Assembly: GCA_964016885.1 (NCBI GenBank)
Contig: OZ024759.1
Location: 3,596,001-3,660,000 of the forward strand
DNA length: 64,000 bases
Direction: 5' to 3'
From: Eledone cirrhosa
Lineage: Eukaryota
Under the pieces are notes generated by a model. It searched no databases. It was not told the DNA's origin and worked only from the letters and a program-made list of their open reading frames with translations. The position numbers and the translations under genes were made by a program. Of this stretch, positions 43,124 through 52,931 are shown in pieces (positions within the stretch are counted from its first letter, which is position 1; each line of letters begins with the position of its first letter).

Positions 43124-43183
43124 TTTCATTCTGAAGATTGAAGGAAAAATTTTTTGCTTTTAAGAAACCACTGGTGAATGGAA
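43124..43183 (+). ncRNA. Hammerhead family B copy 2, probably inactive (GUG triplet)
   Basis: UUUCAUU-CUGAAGA-stem II with one mismatch-GAAA-CCACUG-GUG-AAUGGAA. G at the cleavage position violates the NUH rule. Confidence 0.6.
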
Positions 43184-43344
43184 TAATTGCCTTATGTTGC
43201 TTTATTACTTTACTACTATATATACGTATATGTAAGGTTCATATGAATTATCTAAGACTGAGTCTTACACATACACACATGTATGTGTGTGTGTGTGTAT
43301 GTGTATGCATGTGTATATATATGTATGTATATGTATGTATGTAT

Positions 43345-44351
43345 GTAGCAGCAAGTGCCCACAAAATACTAGCTCTTTCAATTGCGCAGAGGGTTCTATA
43401 GAAATAGTGGACAGCTTCCGTTACCTGGGCGATAAAATCAGCAGTGGGGGAGGGTGCTCTGAAAGTACTGTAGCTAGAGTCAGAACTGGTTGGAAAAAGT
43501 TCAGAGAGCTTATACCACTATTAGCTGCTAAAGGGTTCTCCCTAAAAATGAAAGGCAGGTTGTACGATGCCTGCATACGAACAGCAATGTTGCATGGTAG
43601 TGAGACCTGGGCATTGTGTGCAGAGGATATACGCAGACTAGAGAGGAACGAAGCTTGCATGCTCCGCTGGATGTGTAACAGTAATATACGTGAACGGCAA
43701 AGCATAAACGAACTAAGGAAAAAATTAGAGATAAGAGGGATCAGATGTTGTTTACTCGAGAGAAGGCTGCGTTGGTATGGACACGTGATGCGCATGAAAG
43801 TCGATAGCTGTATTACAAAGTGCAGGGCAATAAAGATAGACGGTAGCCACGGAATAGGCAGACCTAGAAAAACATGGGATGAGCTGATAAACTCCGACCT
43901 CACACACTTACACCTCTCCAAGACAATGTCACTGGACCGTGACCTTTGGCGGTACTCAGTAACAGAGAAGACCCGCCTTGCCAGTAGGCATATCTAACAA
44001 AATACACCCCTCCCGCCGCCACCCCCACCCCATCCACACCACCCCGTTCTATGTAAAGTTATGTTGGTGCCGCGCCATCCAGGCCGAAACAAATGAGATC
44101 GTGTAGGTGTCACGACAAAAAAAACACACAGTCCACGCTGTAATGTGGCCGTGTAGGCAACACGGTAAAAACCTCCCAGACCCACACTGTAAATGTGGTT
44201 GGTGTTAGGAAGGGCATCCAACTGTAGAAAACCTGCCAGACAGTCCTATGCGAGCAAGACAATCACTCTTGCCTCAAGTGGGACTACCCCCGTCCAAACC
44301 CATGCAAGCGTGGAACACGGACGTTAAACGTTGATGATGATGATGATGATG
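43345..44351 (+). mobile_element. RTE-clade LINE 3' fragment (end of ORF, 3' UTR and (TGA)n tail)
   Basis: IEIVDSFRYLGD, KGRLYDACIRTAMLHGSETW, RRLRWYGHVMRM and GRPRKTW are typical post-RT RTE motifs. Stop at 43997; tail ACGGACGTTAAACGT(TGA)n at about 44317-44351. Confidence 0.9.
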
Positions 44352-44561
44352 ATATATATGTGTATATATATATATGTATATATATATGTGTGTATATGTA
44401 TGCGTGTGTATGTATATATGTATGTGTGTCTGTGTTTGTGTTTGTATTTGGTTGTGCGTGTTTATGATATGTACGTATTTGTATGTGTATAATTGTTTAG
44501 CTATGTATGTATATGTGTGTGTATGTATACGTATGTGTGTGTGTGTGCGTTTATATTTATG

Positions 44562-44632
<71 letters not shown>

Positions 44633-45042
44633 ATATAATTACATATACATATGTGTGTGTATATATTGTATACGTGTGCGTATTTGTGCATGTATGTGCA
44701 TGTATGTGTTTATGTATTTGTATATGTATATTTATGTGTGAGAGTGTGTGTATGTGTTTACGATTTCGTACGTATGTATACGTGCATTTGTGTGTATTAC
44801 TTACCACGCGTGTCTGTCCAGTTAGCTGCCTTATGTAATGGTGTCAAAAAATTTTTTTAATATATATATATATTTTTTCTTATATTTATTTGCGTGTGTG
44901 AATATGTAGAGGAGTGCATTTATGTATGTGTATGTACGTATGTATATATGTATGATTGTGTGAATGTATGTATGTATATATGTGTGTGTGTATGGCTATG
45001 TTTGTGTATGTGTATGCTTGTACACACATATATATATATGTA

Positions 45043-45091
<49 letters not shown>

Positions 45092-45198
45092 ATATGTGTG
45101 TGTGTATGTGTATGTATGCGTGTATGTATGTGTATATGTGTATGTATGTGCATGTGTATATTTGTGTATGTATATATATATGTGTATATGTATATATG

Positions 45199-45229
<31 letters not shown>

Positions 45230-45230
45230 A
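44352..45230. repeat. Compound (TA)n/(TG)n microsatellite region
   Basis: Directly visible low-complexity sequence. Confidence 0.95.
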
Positions 45231-45468
45231 TGTATGCTTTTGTGTTTTTTTGTGTGTGTGTTTGCATGTGTAGTTTTATTTTATTTTTCCTTTCCTTCTT
45301 CCTTCTCCAGCCTCACTTTCATATAGATTGCATTTTTGTTTTTTAAAATCCAAATTCAATAAACAAACCAGGATTTTTTCATTCTGAGGATTGAAAGCAA
45401 AACCTTTTGCTTTTAAGAAACCACTGGTAAATGGAATAATTGCCTTATCTTGTTTATTACATAATAAT
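45200..45468 (+). repeat. Near-identical inverted copy of 42425-42700 (hammerhead family B terminus)
   Basis: About 250 bp of non-microsatellite sequence is the reverse complement of 42425-42670, with only a few differences. Confidence 0.95.
45377..45436 (+). ncRNA. Type I hammerhead ribozyme, family B copy 3
   Basis: Stem I 45377-45383/45430-45436; CUGAGGA 45384-45390; stem II 45391-45401/45406-45416; GAAA 45417-45420; GUA 45427-45429. Confidence 0.78.
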
Positions 45469-45749
45469 ATTTTACATGGTAGACATTATTTGAATTTTGA
45501 AAATGTGAGACCAGAGAAATTGCTTCATGTGACACTGTAAGAAAACATTAAAAAATGAAATGTATATCTTCTTCTTTATCATTAAGTATGTCAGCAGCAG
45601 CAGCACCACACACACACACACATATATATATACAGAGAGAGAGAGAGAGAAGAGAGAGAGTAGTTAATAATAAATACAAAGACCAAAATCTAGAGAGGGC
45701 TCAATAAGATAAGAGTTTTATGTATATATATATATATACATATATATGT

Positions 45750-46076
45750 ATCATCATCATCATTTTACGTCCACTTTTCCCTGCTTGCGAGGGTGGGACG
45801 GAAACTGATTCTGGTTTGATTTCTACAGCTGGATGCCCTTCCTACCACCAACCTTATTTACAGTGAGTGCTGGGTGCTTTTTTGCTGTGGCACCTCCACG
45901 ACCACTTTGCAGTGGAATGATAGAGGCCCAAGTCCCTATCATCTCATTTCTACAGCTGAGTAAACTGGAGCAATGTGAAATAAAGTGTCTTGCTCAAGGA
46001 AACAACACATCACCCGGTTTGAGAATTGAACTCACAACCTTTCGATTGCAAGGCCAATGCTCTAACCACTAAGCCA
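45750..46076 (-). mobile_element. tRNA-derived SINE head plus an RTE-type 3' tail (composite)
   Basis: Minus strand has an A box TGGCTTAGTGG, a B-box-like GAGTTCAATTC and CTTGAGCAAGACAC. The tail CAAGCAGGGAAAAGTGGACGTAAAA(TGA)n matches 52607-52640. Confidence 0.75.
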
Positions 46077-46298
46077 TAGAGAGAGAGAGAAGTGAGAGAG
46101 TAGTTAATAATAAATAGAAACACCAAAATCTGGAGAGGGCTCAATAAGATAAGAGTTATATATATATATATGTATATATATAAGTTGAAAAAAATGAAAA
46201 CGAAATTTCATTTCTCACTCTTAGTATGGCACTTACTTAAATGTAAGTATGTATGTATACGTACATACATATATGTATACGGACGTACAGTAGCATGC

Positions 46299-46331
<33 letters not shown>

Positions 46332-46482
46332 TACAGGTACACATACATATATGCACGCATCAGTTTAGCGGACGCTTATTATAACGCCGCTTTGTTCGTT
46401 TGTCAACAAACTGAACAGCCTGAATTTATGCCATACGGTGTTAAGGTAACCACGTCACCTTTTTGTTCAACACTGACACAGG

Positions 46483-46527
46483 AACGATGTACTAGTTTCA
46501 AGCTTGTTAGCTATCATCAGCACCGTT
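46483..46527 (-). ncRNA. Type I hammerhead ribozyme, family A copy 2
   Basis: Minus strand reads AACGGUG-CUGAUGA-UAGCUAACAAGCUU-GAAA-CUA-GUA-CAUCGUU. The core is canonical and stem I is 7 bp. Confidence 0.85.
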
Positions 46528-46636
46528 TACCTATCTGCCAGATAGTTGAACGTTCGAAAGTATATTCTTTCCTTATCAAAATTAACGGCTGAGCAGCCTA
46601 ATTTGCATATTGAGTGAGTTAAATCGGTCAGGCATC

Positions 46637-47275
46637 AAATTTGTGTTCTTTTATTTTGTTTTTGATATGCTACCAAGGATTGGGGGTTAGAGTTGTGTTT
46701 GCATTCCTGTCCAGTTGTTATATGGTTTGGATGGCTATTCTAGTAGGCAGATATGAAGCAGGAGGTGCTATTGTTGCTGACATACTAGGGATGGTAAGTA
46801 GGTTAAGGTATCAAATTACCAGAGGGGTCAGTCATCACCCCACCCCCCGTTCATATATGTTAAAGAATTTGTTCGAATAATCTACTTATTTTTTTGTTTA
46901 TTTGAACTTTGTTTATTTGTTTGAACTACATAGCTATATATCCAGGCTGTGTATTATTAGAGAAGGTGATTCTTGTGTAACTATGTAAGGATGCATTAAA
47001 TGTATAGATTTAGTCATTATGTTCAGCTCTAGGTGGAAGTTAGCATGGAATGTGTTAACTATCTAATCTAAGGAAAGTTTTAGATATTTTATGCATACAA
47101 GTATTAACTCTTTAGCATTTACATTACTCTGTAATGTATTTTCTCTGTAAAGTCTTTACCTCACATAATAATCTCACATAATATCAAATCAACAAGATTT
47201 TGATATTATTTATTTTGAGAACAATACCTTAACATAAGTATGAGCAGCCAGTTACGGCTGGTTTGAACAGAAAAA
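46637..47275 (+). repeat. ~640-bp direct duplication of 52932-53570
   Basis: The sequences are nearly identical, about 5 substitutions by eye. ORFs 46641-46880 and 52936-53175 differ by one residue. Confidence 0.97.
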
Positions 47276-47320
47276 GGTGAGAGAATTCTGGCCGGATATG
47301 GCCGGTTTAAATGCTAAAGG
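47108..47320 (+). mobile_element. piggyBac-like MITE, unexpanded monomer
   Basis: TTAA-CTCTTTAGCATTTA...TAAATGCTAAAGG-TTAA; carries a single internal unit. Confidence 0.8.
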
Positions 47321-47473
47321 TTAAAGTGGTCAGAGCCTTTGTTAATTACTTCCTGTCTCCTATTAATAATGTGTTGAGCTTCCGTTGTACAGAGATCACA
47401 GCCACATGAAAAAGGATTCGCATAAATATGGAAATGCATTTGTGAGAATACGCCAAGAAAACGAGTACTGTAC

Positions 47474-47539
47474 CTGGTTCTGTTTTAGCCTCCTTATGAT
47501 TTAGCATAATTTCAGATAGCGCTGTGCTTCTTCTTCTGT
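47474..47539 (-). CDS. Possible small phase 1-1 exon downstream of the EGF exons
   Basis: 66-nt open segment (DRRRSTALSEIMLNHKEAKTEP) between AATAG and GTACAG. The acceptor is weak and there is no domain support. Confidence 0.2.
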
Positions 47540-47589
47540 CTATTCAGTTAAATGAGTGCTGATTGTACCATTTAACATACATACATATG

Positions 47590-48135
47590 TACATGGTGGC
47601 TGCCAACTCGTTTTCGAGTACGGCCACTACTTTATATCCATGTAGGAGAACCCCTACCGATGCGCTGAACAATAGTGACTTTTTAGTCCAGCCAGCGACT
47701 TGAAAATTCCTGTACAGAGAGATCTCCAGATACAAAGCAATGCCTGTGCCGTGAAGCTTTTATAGTGAGCAAAGGCACTGCACAAAGCCAGTCCCACTCT
47801 CTTAACTAAGATGATATTTACCAAAAGGAAGAACAAGTCAACATCATTGGATACCATCAGGGTTGCAGGTGTAATATTAGAGTTTTCCTTCTCCTAGAAT
47901 TCTGCCTTGAGAAAGGCTAAGGGGTCATTTCTCCCAGTGATTTTGGATGGCCATTGACACTTAAAAGCTCCGTTGCCCTTTCACAGGTTTTGTTTTTAGT
48001 CCTGCAGGATGTCCAAAGTCACCCTCCTCATCAAGAAACCTTGGTGGGGTTACCATTTCAGTCGCTAACGACCCGACCATGAGACAGGTTGTACTGGGAT
48101 ACATGTTACCAGTAGCACCAACTGGTGACCTGACA
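47590..48135 (-). mobile_element. Probable RTE 5'-UTR-derived non-autonomous repeat
   Basis: Minus strand contains CTAGGAGAAGGAAAACTC, reminiscent of RTE/BovB-type 5' UTRs. It is a GC-richer island between (CATA)n runs. Confidence 0.4.
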
Positions 48136-48203
48136 TATGTACATATGTACATATATACATACATACATAACCACTTTAAACTAAACAATTTTGTACCCTA
48201 GAA

Positions 48204-48522
48204 CAGGGGTGTGCAACATATTCCATTGGCGGGCCACTTTTGAACATTGGAACAATTATTAGGGCTATTATTATTTATTAAGCACTATTCCGAAGATTCA
48301 CCACAACTTCTTTCCATAACATGGAACTGGGAAAGTATAACACACATAACCCTATCAGTGAAGCCCTTTAGTATAGGTCAACTAACAGAAAATTGTATTA
48401 CGGTTATGAAAAAAATTGTAAATAGGCCTACAAGGTAAACATTTAAAATGGTCACCGCGGGCCACTTTGACTGGTCTGGCAGGGCGGATTGTGGCCCACG
48501 GGCCGCCTGCTACATGCCCCTG
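48204..48522. mobile_element. hAT (Charlie/Buster-like) MITE, 319 bp
   Basis: Termini CAGGGGTGTG...CATGCCCCTG; perfect 8-bp TSD CCCTAGAA (48196-48203 and 48523-48530) with central TA; GGGCC subterminal motifs. Confidence 0.88.
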
Positions 48523-48657
48523 CCCTAGAAGCAGGGGCAGTCTTATGTGGTTTGATGTAAAAAAAATTAAGGACTCATTGATTCTCAACATTTAAACAGT
48601 GTTGTTGTATGAAGGGATGGTTGTGTAAACAACGCTATCTGGTGGTAGGTTACTAAC

Positions 48658-48795
48658 CTGTCTGGCAGTTACTTCCCTTGTAACCAACTGCACATCCTCC
48701 ACTTGAACATATCCCTGACACTATATTACATTTACTGTTGTCTGCACAGTGGCACATATACTTGCAGTTAGGACCAAATGAACCAGATGCACACA
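48658..48795 (-). CDS. Exon (138 nt, phase 1-1) encoding an EGF/laminin-EGF-like repeat of a multiple-EGF (MEGF10/SCARF-like) protein
   Basis: ttgcag|...|gttagt; translates to VCASGSFGPNCKYMCHCADNSKCNIVSGICSSGGCAVGYKGSNCQT. Confidence 0.9.
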
Positions 48796-48880
48796 CTGCA
48801 ATGGAATAAAGCAACAACAACAGAAAACATGAGGATGAAGAAGAAAAAGAGACAATTATACAGACAGATGCACATGCATA

Positions 48881-49128
48881 GTGGAGGTGTGTGGCCTAGT
48901 GGTAAGGGTGTTGGACTTGCAATCATAATGTCATGGGTTCGATTCCTGGGCTGAGTTGTGCGTTGTATTCTTGAGCAAAACACTTCATTTCACGCTGCTC
49001 CAGTATACTCAGCTGAAAACGAGTACCAGCAATAGCTGGGGTTTTGACCCCACGATGGATTGGCGTCCTGTCCAGGGAGGAGTCTTGTACTCTCAGTCAT
49101 TTCACACCATAAAAATGGGATAAGCACC
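48881..49128 (+). mobile_element. tRNA-derived SINE
   Basis: A box TGGCCTAGTGG and B box GGTTCGATTCC; an inverted sister copy lies at about 55720-55965. Confidence 0.8.
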
Positions 49129-49186
49129 TACTATTGTCTTGACACAATATATTATGTTACAAAAAAAGCTATACTACACCACTTAC

Positions 49187-49324
49187 CTGTCTGACAGTTG
49201 CTACCTTCATAACCAGCAGCACATCCTCCACTTGAACACACACCTGTCTGTTTGTTACACCTGCTGTTGTCAGCACAGGGGCATGTGTTGCCACAGTTTG
49301 GTCCAAATTTCCCCTCTGGACATT
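49187..49324 (-). CDS. Exon (138 nt, phase 1-1), EGF-like repeat
   Basis: ttgtag|...|gtaagt; translates to KCPEGKFGPNCGNTCPCADNSRCNKQTGVCSSGGCAAGYEGSNCQT. Confidence 0.92.
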
Positions 49325-49436
49325 CTACAATGAAAGATCATGAGAAAACCTCTGCTCTTTTATCTCACTAAACATTTGTAAAAAAAATGAGGTTCAACTG
49401 AGTAAGAATACAAAGGATTAATAGGATTAATCAACC

Positions 49437-49660
49437 CTTACAATACTAAGGACCTTTGTTAAGTTATGTTCCAAATACCATCTTAACCGTTTTGATACCA
49501 AACTGCCAGATGTGGACCTTGTTCTTACAATACTAACAACCTTTGTTAAGTTATGTTCCAAATACCATCTTAACCCTTTTGATACCAAACTGCCAGATGT
49601 GGACCTTGTTCTTACAATACTAACAACCTTTGTTAAGTTATGTTCCAAGCACCATCTGAG
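49437..49660. repeat. 87-bp tandem repeat, ~2.5 copies
   Basis: Units start at 49437, 49524 and 49611. Confidence 0.85.
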
Positions 49661-49739
49661 ACCACTCTTGGCAGGTCTGTTGGATGTTGGCTTACCTGGG
49701 GCTAAACAACATCAACAATACCTACTACAATATGCAATA

Positions 49740-50030
49740 CCACCACCACTACCACTATCACCAGCAGCAGCAGCACCACCAACACCACCACCACACCAAC
49801 AACAACAAAACCAGCATCCTCCTCCTCACCACCACCACAACTACCTCCACTCCACCACCACCATCACCACCTACACTCCACTCCCACTATAACCACGACA
49901 GCCACCTACACTCCACCAACACCACCACCACCACCACCACCACCATCACCACCACCACCACCATCATCATCATCACCATCACCACCACCACCACCACCAC
50001 CAGTACCACCATCATCATCACCACCACCAT
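49740..50030. repeat. (CAC/CAT)n trinucleotide low-complexity tract
   Basis: Directly visible. Confidence 0.9.
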
Positions 50031-51345
50031 CTGGGAGATCCAAAATACTGTTGTGGTCCCATTCCATTACTTCACCAATCTTGTAGACCCTAAATATTGT
50101 AATGGTCACTGTCCTTTCTCTTCCACCAACCTGAGAGACCCTAAATACTGTTGTGGTCCATGTCCCTTCTCTTCCACCAATCTGGGAGTCCCTAAATACT
50201 GTCATGGTTCCTGTTCCTCCCTCCAGTAATCTTGGAGACCCTAAATACTGTTGTAGTACCTTCCCATTCCTTCCACTAATTTTGGAGACCCTAAATATTG
50301 CAATGGTTACTGTCCCTTCCTTCCTTCAATCTAGGGGACCCTAAATACTGTTCTGGTCCCTGTTCCTTCTCTTCCACCAATCAGTGAGTCCCTAAATACT
50401 GTCATGGTTCCTGTCCCTTACTTCTCTTCCACCAATCAGTGAGTCCCTTAATACTGCCGTAGTCCCTGTCTCTTCTCTTCCACCAATCAGTGAGTCCCTT
50501 AATACTGTTGTGGACCCTGTCTCTTCTCTTCCACCAATCAGTGAGTCTCTTAATACTGTTGTGGTCCCTGTCTCTTCTCTTCCACCAATCAGTGAGTCCC
50601 TAAATACTGTCGTGGTCCCTGTCTCTTCTCTTCCACCAATCAGTGAGTCTCTTAATACTGTTGTGGTCCCTGTCTCTTCTCTTCCACCAATCAGTGAGCC
50701 CCTAAATACTGCCGTAGTCCCTGTCTCTTCTCTTCCACCAATCAGTGAGTCCCTTAATACTGTCGTGGTCCCTGTCTCTTCTCTTCCACCAATCAGTGAG
50801 TCCCTTAATACTGTTGTGGTCCCTGTCTCTTCTCTTCCACCAATCAGTGAGTCCCTAAATACTATCATGGTCCCTGTCTCTTCTCTTCCACCAATCAGTG
50901 AGTCTCTTAATATTGTCGTGGTCCCTGTCTCTTCTCTTCCACCAATCAGTGAGTCCCTAAATACTGTTGTGGTCCCTGTCTCTTCTCTTCCACCAATCAG
51001 TGAGTCCCTAAATACTGTTGTGGTCCCTGTCTCTTCTCTTCCACCAATCAGTGAGTCCCTTAATACTGTCGTGGTCCATGTCTCTTCTCTTCCACCAATC
51101 AGTGAGTCCCTTAATACTGTTGTGGTCCCTGTCTCTTCTCTTCCACCAATCAGTGAGTCCCTAAATACTATCATGGTCCCTGTCTCTTCTCTTCCACCAA
51201 TCAGTGAGTCCCTAAATACTGTCGTGGTCCCTGTCTCTTCTCTTCCACCAATCAGTGAGTCCCTAAATACTGTCGTGGTCCCTGTCTCTTCTCTTCCACC
51301 AATCAGTGAGTCCCTAAATACTGTCGTGGTCCCTGTCTCTTCCCT
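50030..51345. repeat. 51-bp intronic minisatellite, ~25 copies
   Basis: Unit GAGTCCCTAAATACTGTCGTGGTCCCTGTCTCTTCTCTTCCACCAATCAGT; degenerate at the left end and homogeneous at the right. Confidence 0.97.
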
Positions 51346-51374
51346 CTCTAAAGGGTAAACAGATAAAAACTTAC

Positions 51375-51512
51375 TTGACTGGCAGCTGTGTCCCCTGTAA
51401 CCAGGTGAGCACCTTCCATTGATGCAGATACCATTGTCAGAGTAACATTTGCCATTATTCAGACAGTGGCACTTCTTCACACAGTTGACACCAAACATGC
51501 CATGGGCACATC
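51375..51512 (-). CDS. Exon (138 nt, phase 1-1), EGF-like repeat
   Basis: tctcag|...|gtaagt; translates to GCAHGMFGVNCVKKCHCLNNGKCYSDNGICINGRCSPGYRGHSCQS. Confidence 0.92.
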
Positions 51513-51540
51513 CTGAGAAAACAACTTCAATATGTAATTA

Positions 51541-52112
51541 CTGTATTTCCTGACGCCGAAGACACTTCGTCCTCGAGGACACACCCTAATTCTGACAACC
51601 AAAAATTTGAAAAAAAATAATTGTTTCTACTTTTGGCACAAGGCCAGCAATTATCCCAATGTATTACTGGTACTTTATTTTATCGACCCCGTAAGGATGA
51701 ATGGCAAAGTTAACCTCGGCGGGATTTGAACTCAGACCATAAAGGGACGTAACTCTTTGCTGCAAAGCATGGCGTCAGACCGATACTGCCAATCCACCGC
51801 TCTTTGAATTTGAAGAAAAATAATTGTTTCTACTATTGGCACAAGGCCAGCAATCACCCAGTACATTACTGGTACTTTATTTTATCGACTCCGTAAAGAT
51901 GAAAGGCAAAGTTAACCTTGGCAGGATTTGAACTCAGAATGGCAAGTGCTGTAACTCTATGCGTCAAAGCATGGCGTCCGACCCTCTACCGATACTGCCA
52001 ATTCACCGCCCTTTGAAGAAAAATAATAAACAACTTTCGGCCTCCAGGATGCATGGTAGATTTTTGAGACTTATTTTAGTAAAAGTAGCGTCTTTGACGC
52101 CGGGAAATACGG
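51541..52112. mobile_element. Tc1/mariner-superfamily (Tc2/pogo-like) MITE containing two nested minus-strand SINEs (~51617-51802 and ~51818-52012)
   Basis: Imperfect TIRs CTGTATTTCCTGACGCCGAAGAC / GTCTTTGACGCCGGGAAATACGG with TA on the left. The nested copies are reverse complements of the SINE at 54038-54262. Confidence 0.7.
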
Positions 52113-52284
52113 TGAGTTTAATTAATTCAAATTTCAGAGTTGTTATCTTTCATCCTTTGAGTGTATCCCATTTACAATAGTAACTCTATAACCCTGCATG
52201 TTGTAGAAAGAGCCTAAAATAGTTTGGCATCAAGAAGGGCATCCAGCAGCAAAATAATGCCTCAATACTATATATCATCATCAT

Positions 52285-52680
52285 CATTGGATGCGCAATG
52301 TCAATGTGCATGAATGAGCAAGCATAGACGAGTTGAGAAAGAAATTGTGTATAATAGGGATAAGCTGTAGTGTGTGGGAGAGAAGACTGCGTTGGTATAG
52401 ACATATGATGTGCATGGAGGATGACTGCTGGGTAAAGAAGTGCCAAGAAATCCCAGGAGAAAGAAGATGCAGTAGAGGAAGACCACGAAAATCATGGACG
52501 AAGGTGGTGAGATCTGACCTCAGATTGCTGAAGCTCATGGAGGAGATGACGAAAGACTGTGATGAATGGAGAGATGCTGTGCTGTATAGGACCCATCCCA
52601 CCCTTGCAAGCAGGGAAAAGCGGACGTAAAATGATGATGATGATCATCATCATGGTTATCATCATCATCATCATCATCAT
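52285..52680 (+). mobile_element. RTE-clade LINE 3' end with (TGA)n/(CAT)n tail
   Basis: ERRLRWYRHMM...CWVKKC...RGRPRKSW...DEWR, followed by GCAAGCAGGGAAAAGCGGACGTAAAA(TGA)n. Confidence 0.85.
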
Positions 52681-52861
52681 TGTTTAACATCCATCTTCCA
52701 CACTAGTCTGGATTAGATGGTTTTGTTCCACTTGAGGTGAGATTGGTCTGGAGACTGTGTCTTGCTTGTACAGAACTGTCTTTGGTAGGTTTTTTACCCC
52801 TGGAGGCCCTTCCTAACACCAACCACATTTACAGTGTACATCTTCTGTTTATTACATAATT

Positions 52862-52927
52862 CTGTTATACGTATTTCGAAGATGTCAGAGTGGTTGCATA
52901 ACTTTCTGACATGTTCTCTTCAGACAA
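52862..52927 (-). ncRNA. Type I hammerhead ribozyme, family C
   Basis: Minus strand reads UUGU-CUGAAGA-GAACAUGUCAGA...UCUGACAUCUUC-GAAA-UACGU-AUA-ACAG. Stem II is 12 bp with one mismatch and is closed by G-C; stem III is the palindrome AUACGUAU; the triplet is AUA; stem I is short. Confidence 0.72.
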
Positions 52928-52931
52928 GTTG

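Larger units (their letters stand above)
42425..43215. mobile_element. Non-coding element with inverted hammerhead-containing termini (Penelope-like pLTR or retrozyme type), with microsatellites inside
   Basis: 42425-42530 is the reverse complement of a diverged copy at 43111-43215. Both ends contain a hammerhead core pointing outward. Confidence 0.65.

Noticed and set aside
36185-44351. The RTE 5' and 3' fragments as one split element
   Set aside because: They are on opposite strands, the RT core is missing and no shared TSD was seen; they are more simply separate insertions.
42548-45346. Tyr/Ile/Val/Cys or His/Thr-rich ORFs
   Set aside because: They are translations of (TA)n/(TG)n microsatellites.
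46641-46880. Duplicated 79-aa hydrophobic ORF (also at 52936-53175)
   Set aside because: It starts with TTG, has no recognisable domain, and its identity is explained by the recent DNA duplication.
47980-48135. Possible HDV-like ribozyme at the 5' end of the RTE-like repeat (GGTCACC/GGTGACT pairing on the minus strand)
   Set aside because: I could not assign P2, P3/L3, P1.1 or the J4/2 catalytic C by eye; a descriptor search is needed.
48881-48960. tRNA gene
   Set aside because: A/B boxes are present but run into SINE body sequence, with no clean acceptor stem or terminator, and several diverged copies exist.
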